From NCBI GenBank assembly GCA_007130045.1, contig SLTG01000088.1, positions 24,647-88,646 on the forward strand: DNA of 64,000 bases. The letters run 5' to 3'. Below, one piece after another: positions 27,852 to 35,319 of the stretch. Each line of letters opens with the position of its first letter. Within the stretch, counting starts at the first letter, position 1. Below the pieces are notes generated by a model. It ran no database searches, was not told the origin of the DNA, and saw nothing but the letters and a program-made list of their open reading frames with translations. Position numbers and translations under genes: made by a program. This DNA is from Opitutales bacterium. Lineage in GTDB: Bacteria > Verrucomicrobiota > Verrucomicrobiia > Opitutales > T3Sed10-336.

Positions 27852-28972
27852 GACACCACCGGCACAATAATTTCGAAGAGCGCCGCTCGAAAACGGCATT
27901 CACCATCATCGAACTCCTTGTGGCGGTTGCCATTACCGCGGCCATGGCGGCGGTGATGCTGGCGATGACCACGAACATCCTCAGTTCGTGGACGCGCGCT
28001 TCCGGGAACCTTTCGGCGATGAGCAACGCCCGAGTGGCGCTTGATTTTCTTCAGAAGGATCTCGAACGGGCGATGTTCCGCCACGACGGGAACGTCTGGT
28101 TGGCGGTGGATACGATCAACGACACGAATTTCGGCAACCAGAATATCCTTACCGGAGGCCAACAGATCAGCGGCGGCGCCTGGCTCGCGCCCGCCGCCGG
28201 AGCGGATCGGGGAAAGCCGAACGACGCCGGTTTAGGGCAACATAATGCCGCCTTCGACCCAAACCAAAACCGGTTCGGGTGGAACGGCGTGTGGCTGCGG
28301 TTTTTCGTCGCCGACCCCGAAATCAGGGCGGTCGGCTACCAGATCGTGCGCCGGGGAGTCCGGGGTCCCGACGGCGAACAGCGCTACATGCTCTACAGGG
28401 GACAGGCCAGCGCGCTCGAAACCTTTCAGGAAGGTTACGATATCGTAAGTCCCGGGTATTTTCTCGGGGCGGGAACCGCCTCGCAAGCGGGGCGGGGCGC
28501 GCCATCGGGAAGCGCGAAGGAGGTCAGGCGCCCGAACGCGGCGAGCATCGTCGGCAACAACGTGGTGGATTTCGGGGTGAAGCTGTTTTGGAAGGCCCGG
28601 GAAATTCCGGGCAATCCGAATTCGCCGATCGTTTACATGGAGATTTTTCCCGACAATGAAGTCCAACTGGCGCACCGTTCTCCGCCGTTGCCCGGAAACG
28701 CGGCCCAGCCCGAGGACTTTCCCAACAGTTTTCCTCCCTACTCCGAGTATTCGCATCCAAGAGTGACCGACGATCCGGCCAATGGAAACGCATCCACCCG
28801 CATCCCGAATGTCGCCGAGATTTACCTGCGGGTTCTGACCGACGAAGGGGCTCAACTGATATCGAACTACGAACGGGGCCTGATCGACGGCGACTGGTGG
28901 GATATCGTCGAAGCGAACTCCAAGCTCTTCACGCGGAGGGTGGTGCTCCAGAACGCGCCGGATTCATTTTAG
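27848..28972 (+). CDS. Prepilin-type N-terminal domain protein (GspJ/PilW-like minor pseudopilin)
   Basis: MRHHRHNNFEERRSKTA-FTIIELLVAVAITAAMAAVMLAM...ARVALDFLQKDLERA. ATGA overlap with the upstream gene. Confidence 0.65.
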   Translation: MRHHRHNNFEERRSKTAFTIIELLVAVAITAAMAAVMLAMTTNILSSWTRASGNLSAMSNARVALDFLQKDLERAMFRHDGNVWLAVDTINDTNFGNQNILTGGQQISGGAWLAPAAGADRGKPNDAGLGQHNAAFDPNQNRFGWNGVWLRFFVADPEIRAVGYQIVRRGVRGPDGEQRYMLYRGQASALETFQEGYDIVSPGYFLGAGTASQAGRGAPSGSAKEVRRPNAASIVGNNVVDFGVKLFWKAREIPGNPNSPIVYMEIFPDNEVQLAHRSPPLPGNAAQPEDFPNSFPPYSEYSHPRVTDDPANGNASTRIPNVAEIYLRVLTDEGAQLISNYERGLIDGDWWDIVEANSKLFTRRVVLQNAPDSF

Positions 28973-29023
28973 TCGAAACCAATGCTCGCCTTTCTCCGCG
29001 GTTGCGGCGTAAGAAAGGAAGGA

Positions 29024-29491
29024 ATGCAAAACGGGTTCCTTGATAAGATCATCGGGGTGACCATGGCGCGGACCGAGCGGCCGTCCTGGGACGAGTATTT
29101 CATGGCGACGGCGTTTCTGATCGCGTCGCGATCGCCCTGCGCGCGCTTGCACGTCGGGTGCGTGCTGGTCTCGACGGGAGCCCACAGAAACCGGATCATC
29201 GCGGCCGGCTACAACGGATTCCTGCCCGGCACGCCGCACAGTTCTCGAGTACGGGACGGGCACGAGCAGGCAACGGTTCACGCCGAACAGAACGCGATCG
29301 TCGACGCGGCTCGGCGCGGCAGCAGCGTGGAGGGGTGCGTGGCCTACGTGACCCACTTTCCGTGCGTGAACTGCGCGAAGATGCTCGCCGGCGCCGGAAT
29401 TTCCACCATTAAATACCGGATGGATTACAACAACGATCCTCTGACCGAGGAAATCCTGGCCGAGGCGGGAGTTGCGATCGTGCAGTTGTGA
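29024..29491 (+). CDS. dCMP deaminase (ComEB/cytidine-deoxycytidylate deaminase family)
   Basis: PSWDEYFMATAFLIASRSPC, HAEQNAI and PCVNCAKML zinc-binding motifs. The start is ATG 29024 (AAGGA upstream) or ATG 29063. Confidence 0.85.
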   Translation: MQNGFLDKIIGVTMARTERPSWDEYFMATAFLIASRSPCARLHVGCVLVSTGAHRNRIIAAGYNGFLPGTPHSSRVRDGHEQATVHAEQNAIVDAARRGSSVEGCVAYVTHFPCVNCAKMLAGAGISTIKYRMDYNNDPLTEEILAEAGVAIVQL

Positions 29492-29511
29492 GAAACGAAG
29501 CTCGCGCCGTC

Positions 29512-29708
29512 CCGCTCCTCACGGAGGCGGCCTGCGAGGGAGAGCGAGAATCGTTCCTGGGATACCCGCTCCTCACGGAGCGGCCTACGAGGGAGAGCGA
29601 TGTAGGCCTGTCGGTAACGACAGGGACTCCCGGGGGGGACCTTTGCAATCATCCCGTCCGAACCGAAACGATACCCGCTCCTCACGGAGCGGCCTACAAG
29701 GGAGCGCC
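29512..29708 (+). repeat. Cluster of REP-like hairpin elements (three direct copies plus one inverted variant)
   Basis: ccgctcc-tcac-ggagcgg-cctac at 29566-29588 and 29675-29697. A degenerate copy lies at 29512-29535. An inverted variant gtaggcc-tgtc-ggtaac-gacagg lies at 29602-29624. Confidence 0.8.
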
Positions 29709-29773
29709 GGATTCGCGACAATCAATTGCGTCCTTGATTCGTGCTTCCATCGGGCGTATAGTCGGGGAAATCA

Positions 29774-30334
29774 ATGAATGAATCCAGAATTGCAGAGTCC
29801 AATCTGGTCGGATCTCTTTTGCTGGCGCATCCGGGATTGGACGATCCCAACTTCAAGAAATCCGTCATCCTGCTTTCCGCTCATTCACCTGAAGACGGTG
29901 CGATGGGGGTGATCCTGAACCGTCCGATGGCGAAGACGCTGGGCGAATACGACGGTTCCCTCGTTTACAGCGGGCTGGCCGACGTGCCCGTTTACGAGGG
30001 AGGACCCGTCCAGGCGGACCAGATGATTTTGTCGGCCTGGTCATGGTCGGACGAGAAGAAGGTGTTCAAGCTGTTTTTCGGCATCGACGTGGAGCGGGCG
30101 AAAGACTTGCGCGAGAATCAGGGAATGGAGATCCGCGCCTTTCTAGGCTATACAGGTTGGGGGAAGCGCCAACTCGAAGGAGAGTTGGCCGCGAATACCT
30201 GGGTGTTGGCCAATATTAACGGTGATGTCTTGGGCGGGGAGGACGGCAGCAAGCTCTGGCGGTCGATTATGAGCGAACTCAGTCTCGATTTCAAGCTAAT
30301 GGCCGACTTCCCCGACGATCCGAGCTTGAACTGA
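29774..30334 (+). CDS. YqgE/AlgH family protein (UPF0301)
   Basis: 186 aa with LLLAHPGLDDPNFKKSVILL..H...GAMGVILNRP and GGPV...GY.GW..GQLE motifs. Confidence 0.85.
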   Translation: MNESRIAESNLVGSLLLAHPGLDDPNFKKSVILLSAHSPEDGAMGVILNRPMAKTLGEYDGSLVYSGLADVPVYEGGPVQADQMILSAWSWSDEKKVFKLFFGIDVERAKDLRENQGMEIRAFLGYTGWGKRQLEGELAANTWVLANINGDVLGGEDGSKLWRSIMSELSLDFKLMADFPDDPSLN

Positions 30335-31378
30335 CTTCGGTTGCCGCTGCGCCGGGGCCCGGAGGCGCAGGTGTTTCCAAACGTGCCGGGCCTTCCGTTC
30401 AAGGACTTCCCTGCAATGGCGAATTTCGCCTTCCCGGGCCGAGCGGTTCGCGTCGGCAATCTGGGAAAGGTCGTCGATGTTGTACAGGAAAATGTTGTCG
30501 ACTTGTGCAATTTCCGGATCGAAGTCGCGCGGCACGGCCAGGTCGATAAGGAAGATGGGTTGTAAGGGGCGGTGATGCATGATCTCCTCGGCCTCTTTCC
30601 GCGTGATTACAGGGGCGCTCGCCGCCGTCGATCCGATTACGATGTCGAAATCGCCGAGCGCCCTCTTGAACTGTTCGAACCGAAGGACGGTTCCTTCCAG
30701 TTTGCCGGCCAGTTCGCCCGCGCGTTCGAAGGTCCGATTGCTGAGGGTGACGCTTCTCGCGCCCCGGTTCTTGAGGTTGACGATGGTCCGCTCGGCGATC
30801 TCGCCGGCTCCGAGCACGAGGATTCTGCAGCGTTCGAGGTCTCCGAAAATTTTCCCGGCAAGATCGACCGCCACCGAGCCGACACTGACCTGGCCGCGTC
30901 CGATTCCCGTGTGAGTCCGCGTCCACTTGGCGGCCTGAAAGCTCTTCTGGAAGAGCCGGTTGAGAACCGGGCCCATGCAGGCGTGCCGCCGGGCTTCTTC
31001 GTAGGACTCCTTGACCTGGCCCAGAATCTCGGCCTCCCCGACAACGAGGGAATCAACGCCGCTGGCAACCTCGAACAGATGTGAAACGGCATCTTCGTTT
31101 TCCTTCCACGCACTATACTTCAGGAGCGTTTCACGGTCGAAACGGTGAAAATCCGAAACAAAGTCCAACACCTTTTCCCGGACCTCCGGCTCGGGAGCGA
31201 CGGCGTAGATCTCGACGCGGTTGCAGGTATTGAGCACCGCGAACTCGTTGAGTCCCCGAATATTCCGCAGCCCTTCATACAACGTGGCGGTTCGTTCGGG
31301 AGACACGGCGATTTTCTCGCGAATTTCAACCGGAGCGGTCCGGTGGCTGGCGCCGAGCATGTGGAGCGGACCCGTCAT
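30296..31378 (-). CDS. hemA: Glutamyl-tRNA reductase
   Basis: The internal start MTGPLHMLGASHRTAPVEIREK gives 360 aa, with motifs LNTCNRVEIY and VLGAGEIAE (NADPH site). The upstream Ser/Arg-rich extension in the track overlaps the preceding gene. Confidence 0.9.
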   Translation of the reverse strand: MTGPLHMLGASHRTAPVEIREKIAVSPERTATLYEGLRNIRGLNEFAVLNTCNRVEIYAVAPEPEVREKVLDFVSDFHRFDRETLLKYSAWKENEDAVSHLFEVASGVDSLVVGEAEILGQVKESYEEARRHACMGPVLNRLFQKSFQAAKWTRTHTGIGRGQVSVGSVAVDLAGKIFGDLERCRILVLGAGEIAERTIVNLKNRGARSVTLSNRTFERAGELAGKLEGTVLRFEQFKRALGDFDIVIGSTAASAPVITRKEAEEIMHHRPLQPIFLIDLAVPRDFDPEIAQVDNIFLYNIDDLSQIADANRSAREGEIRHCREVLERKARHVWKHLRLRAPAQRQPKSVQARIVGEVGH

Positions 31379-31379
31379 T

Positions 31380-32264
31380 TCATTCGTCGAGGACACCTTG
31401 GAACGCGCGGAATATGGTTGATGCGGAAGCGGTCTGTTCGACCATAGGCCGGCTTCCGGCGGAGACCGTTGGAATCGAAAGGAGCGCGACGAAGAAGAGC
31501 GCGATGCACACCCACGCCAGGGGACGGGAGATGAGGGTCTTGCGCACACGGAGGACAAGCACCGAAACGTATGCGAACCAGATCGCCGTTGTAATCAACA
31601 GCTTGGCGGGATTGACCGCGTCCGGGTCCCGCAGCCAGTACTGCGCGCCGATCAGGATGGAACCGCTCAGGATGACGATCCCGAGAACCAGCAGCCTGAA
31701 ATTCATATGTTCCAGTTGATAGAGTGAGGGCAGGAAACCAAAAACGCCTTCGAGTTTCTTTCGCTTCAGACTGTGGTTCTGCAGCAGGTACATTAACGAA
31801 GTCAGTGCGAGAACGCCGAACGCGCCGTAACTGAAGATGGCCATCGACGCGTGCAGTTCGATCCAGACGTTGTCGCCCAGGAACGATTCACGGCGCACGG
31901 CGTCCCATTCGGGGACGATCAGGGAGAGGATACCCAGCACGGCCGCCAGGCCGGCCGAGAAGAATCCGAGGAGGCTCATGCGGAACGCGGGCCCGACCGC
32001 CATATAGATGACGATGAGCGACCAGACCACGAACTGGATAATCTCGAAAGGATTGCCGAGCGGGCAGCTCCGCGTTTCGAGACCGCGCATGTAGAGCCCG
32101 GTTGTCTGAAGAATAAACCCGGAGGCGACGATCGTGAAGAGCAGCAGCCGGGAATGCTGCCTGGATCGGAGAACGCCGAAGAGGGCGAAAACGAAGGCGA
32201 CGGCGTAAACCGCGTTGCCCGCCGCGATCCAGGCCCGATCGTCCATTTGCAGAAAGAGTGTCAT
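31380..32264 (-). CDS. Cytochrome c assembly protein family (CcsA/HemX-like membrane protein)
   Basis: 294-aa 8-TM protein that stops 1 nt before the hemA start. The Trp-containing segment WIELHASMAIFSYGAFGV fits the CcsA/ResC family pattern. Confidence 0.65.
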   Translation of the reverse strand: MTLFLQMDDRAWIAAGNAVYAVAFVFALFGVLRSRQHSRLLLFTIVASGFILQTTGLYMRGLETRSCPLGNPFEIIQFVVWSLIVIYMAVGPAFRMSLLGFFSAGLAAVLGILSLIVPEWDAVRRESFLGDNVWIELHASMAIFSYGAFGVLALTSLMYLLQNHSLKRKKLEGVFGFLPSLYQLEHMNFRLLVLGIVILSGSILIGAQYWLRDPDAVNPAKLLITTAIWFAYVSVLVLRVRKTLISRPLAWVCIALFFVALLSIPTVSAGSRPMVEQTASASTIFRAFQGVLDE

Positions 32265-32302
32265 GAAACCGCGGAAACCCGAACGCTCCCTCGCCTCAGC
32301 AC

Positions 32303-33478
32303 CTAGATTTTGCCTTCCTTGCGCTTCTTGATCAGATTGTGGAAATCGACGAAGAGCGGATCGGAATCGTTCGGGCCGGGCGCGGCTTCGGGATGGTACT
32401 GCACGGTGAAGACGGGTAGCTCGTTGTGTCTGAGTCCTTCCACCGTGTTGTCGTTGAGATTGATCTCGGTGACCGTTCCCCCGTGTTCTTCAACGCTCTT
32501 GGGGTCGGCGGCGAAGCCGTGGTTCTGGGAAGTGATCGCGACCCGTCCGGTTTCCAGATTCTTGACCGGCTGGTTGCCGCCGCGGTGCCCGAACTTGAGT
32601 TTAAAGGTTTTGGCGCCCATCGCGTGGGCGATGACCTGGTGCCCGAGGCAGATTCCGAACGTCGGGTATTCCTTCAGGAGGCTGGCGATGTTTCGATGGA
32701 TATAGTCGATGGCCGACGGGTCGCCCGGCCCGTTCGAAAGGAAGAGCCCGTCGGGGTTGAGCTCCCGCACTTTCTCGGGAGCGGTGTCCGCCGGCAGGAC
32801 GTGGACCTCGAAGCCGTGGTTGCGGAGTTTTCGGAAGATCGAATATTTCGCGCCGAAATCGAAGGCCGCCACCCGGTAATAGGTCGATTCCGGCTCGCCC
32901 CGGTTCAGGTGCGTGCCTTCGACGGTGAACGGAGAACTGTCCTTACCCTCCGGATCCCATTCGAACGGAACGCGGCAGGTGACCTCCTTGACGTAGTCGA
33001 GGCCGACGAGGCCGGACCAGTCGCGAGCGAGTTTCACGGCTTCTTCGTCACTGATGTCGTGGGTGCTGATGCACGACTTCATCGCGCCTTCAACCCGCAG
33101 TTTCTTGGTGATGGCTCGTGTGTCCACCTCCTGAACTCCGGGGATGTTGTTGATCTTGAGGTACTCTTCCAGGCTCTGGCGGCTCCGCCAATTGCTGGCG
33201 ACCGGACTCAGTTCGCGCACGACAAAGCCGACGGCCTTTGGACCGTTGCTTTCGTCGTCTTCGGGATTGATCCCGTAATTTCCGATCTGCGGCGCGGTCA
33301 TGGTGATGATCTGGCCGTAGTAGGAAGGGTCGGTGAGCACTTCCTGGTAACCGGTCATGCAGGTGTTGAAGACAGCTTCGCCGGTAACCGTTCCTTCACC
33401 GCCGAATGCCAGTCCGCGGAATACGGATCCGTCCTCCAGCGCCAATACGCCTCGTCTGATCATTGTCATACCTGACAT
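32303..33478 (-). CDS. carA: Carbamoyl-phosphate synthase small (glutaminase) subunit
   Basis: LALEDGSVFRG...TGYQE..TDPSY.GQI, the catalytic GICLGHQ, and the HRG.NQPV and NHG motifs. The start is among ATGs at 33478, 33469 and 33463. Confidence 0.9.
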   Translation of the reverse strand: MSGMTMIRRGVLALEDGSVFRGLAFGGEGTVTGEAVFNTCMTGYQEVLTDPSYYGQIITMTAPQIGNYGINPEDDESNGPKAVGFVVRELSPVASNWRSRQSLEEYLKINNIPGVQEVDTRAITKKLRVEGAMKSCISTHDISDEEAVKLARDWSGLVGLDYVKEVTCRVPFEWDPEGKDSSPFTVEGTHLNRGEPESTYYRVAAFDFGAKYSIFRKLRNHGFEVHVLPADTAPEKVRELNPDGLFLSNGPGDPSAIDYIHRNIASLLKEYPTFGICLGHQVIAHAMGAKTFKLKFGHRGGNQPVKNLETGRVAITSQNHGFAADPKSVEEHGGTVTEINLNDNTVEGLRHNELPVFTVQYHPEAAPGPNDSDPLFVDFHNLIKKRKEGKI

Positions 33479-33660
33479 GAAACAGGATTCTCCATCTCTG
33501 TAAATACCGAGTTTGCGGTTTGTCGTTTTCAATCGACGAACCTTACCCGCAGACGCTTCCGGACGACGCGATTGGCCCGGACTCGAACAAGGTTCGTTGG
33601 ATTGGAGATCCCACCCATCATTTGACAGTCAGCAAAAAGCCGGTTAGTTACACGCCTATA

Positions 33661-34863
33661 ATGAGTTCAGGAAATAGCCGACGAGACTGGTATGAGGGGC
33701 GGGGATTGTGGCAGCACGTGTCCGCCGAAGACTGGAAGAACTGGGGATGGCAGCTGAAAAACCGCATTACCACGCAGGAGGAGATCGAGCGCTACTTTAC
33801 GCTCAGTACGGCGGAAAGGAAAGGGTGTTACTTCGCGAACAAGAAGCTCGCGCTCGCCATCACGCCCTATTTCTTCAACCTGATCGATTTCAAGGATGAG
33901 GATTGCCCGATTCGGCGGCAGGTCATTCCCCGGATCGAGGAGATGGAGACCTCACCGGAGGAATTGCTGGATCCCTGCGGGGAGGACGGCAATATGCCCG
34001 TGCCGGGGTTGGTCCATAGATATCCCGACCGGGTTCTCTTTCTGGTGACCGACCGTTGCGCCGCGTACTGCCGCTATTGCACGCGAAGCCGCCTGGTCAG
34101 CAACAGCCAGGGCTACGATTTTCACCCGGAGTACGAACAGGGGCTTCGCTACATCGAAAGTCACCCGGAGATCCGGGACGTGCTTTTGAGCGGGGGCGAT
34201 CCGTTGTTGATGGCGGACAGGAAACTCGACTATTTGCTCGGGCGGCTCAGGGCGATCCGGCACGTCGAATTTATCCGGATCGGATCGCGGATTCCGATTT
34301 TTCTTCCCCAGCGTATTACCCCGGAGCTCTGCGAGATACTGCGCAAGCACGAGCCGATCTGGATGAGCATTCACGCCAACCATCCCAGAGAATGCACGCT
34401 GGAGGTGAAGGAAGCCTGTGATCGCCTGGCGCGCGCCGGCGTGCCTCTCGGCAACCAGTCCGTGCTGCTTAAGGACGTCAACGACGACGTCGAAACCATG
34501 AAGGAACTGGTTCACAGGCTCCTGGTGATGAGGGTGCGCCCGTACTACCTGTACCAGTGCGACCTGATCACCGGAAGCGCCCATTTGCGGTCCGATGTGT
34601 TGAAAGGGATTGAAATCATCGAGAATCTCCGCGGTCACACCACCGGATACGCGGTGCCCCAATTCGTCATCGACGCGCCCGGCGGAGGCGGCAAGGTGCC
34701 GATCAACCCTGAATACGTGAAACAGGTCGGCGAAGACGCGATTGTTATCCGCAATTACGAGGGCAAGGAGTTCCGCTATTCCCGGCATATCGGGGGAGCC
34801 AGGCCGGAGGATCCTGCGGAAACCGAGGTGGTTGAAGCCCCGGCCGGCCGGATTCTCGATTGA
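33661..34863 (+). CDS. kamA: KamA-family radical SAM aminomutase (lysine 2,3-aminomutase-like)
   Basis: The internal ATG at 33661 gives 400 aa, with the radical SAM cluster CAAYCRYCTRS, the segment SGGDPL and the C-terminal motif YYLYQCD. Confidence 0.8.
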   Translation: MSSGNSRRDWYEGRGLWQHVSAEDWKNWGWQLKNRITTQEEIERYFTLSTAERKGCYFANKKLALAITPYFFNLIDFKDEDCPIRRQVIPRIEEMETSPEELLDPCGEDGNMPVPGLVHRYPDRVLFLVTDRCAAYCRYCTRSRLVSNSQGYDFHPEYEQGLRYIESHPEIRDVLLSGGDPLLMADRKLDYLLGRLRAIRHVEFIRIGSRIPIFLPQRITPELCEILRKHEPIWMSIHANHPRECTLEVKEACDRLARAGVPLGNQSVLLKDVNDDVETMKELVHRLLVMRVRPYYLYQCDLITGSAHLRSDVLKGIEIIENLRGHTTGYAVPQFVIDAPGGGGKVPINPEYVKQVGEDAIVIRNYEGKEFRYSRHIGGARPEDPAETEVVEAPAGRILD

Positions 34864-34880
34864 CCGGGGTAGGACGGATT

Positions 34881-34917
34881 TTCCGCTCCCGGAACCCGCT
34901 CTCACGGAGCGGCCTAG
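34881..34917 (+). repeat. REP-like hairpin element (slightly degenerate copy)
   Basis: ttccgctcccggaa-cccgctc-tcac-ggagcgg-cctag, 18 nt after the kamA stop. Confidence 0.7.
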
Positions 34918-35319
34918 TGCGCCACCAGGCCGGCGCGTGACCGCCGGGAGGGAAACAAGGGGTTTCCCGGGCGAGAACGGTGTACCCGGGGGAGCCCCGC
35001 TCCTCAATCAGCATTGTCGTACCGGTTCCCGGCTGCTCTATTCAAGGTGGGCGGAACCCAGCGAGGCGCCCTGTGTTAAGAGCGAGGTTTTGAGGCGGGT
35101 CGAGGGAGGGTGTGGCGAGTTAACGCAAAGAAATTGTGTTTAATTGGAGCGAAAAATTCCGATCATATGGTTGCAAATGTATGGATCCTGGAAAAAATTC
35201 GCTTCTTTTCCCGATTATCGGTAATTATTTACTTTTGGTTCTGACGTAACCGGTCTGTCGGGGATTGGAAACGTCCTGTCAAAGGGGTGGATCTCCGCCT
35301 TTTCAACTCAAGATTTTTT

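Noticed and set aside
29512-29708. Possible CRISPR array, suggested by three copies of a ~25-40-nt repeat.
   Set aside because: Spacing is irregular (54 and 109 nt), there are only three copies and one inverted variant lies between them. The same hairpin occurs singly at 12.2 kb and 34.9 kb, and there are no cas genes. A REP/BIME-like interpretation fits better.
30296-30334. 39-nt convergent overlap between the algH-like 3' end and the hemA 3' end.
   Set aside because: Both C-termini are poorly conserved tails, and the overlap is within the range seen for convergent genes in compact GC-rich genomes. There is nothing to suggest a functional antisense arrangement.
35100-35319. Sigma-54 type or other defined promoter, or an attenuator, in the AT-rich 456-nt region upstream of gltB.
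   Set aside because: I could not find a GG-N10-GC element with TGGCAC/TTGCA context, nor a convincing -35/-10 pair at proper spacing. Promoter consensus for this lineage is uncertain, so no regulatory feature is claimed.
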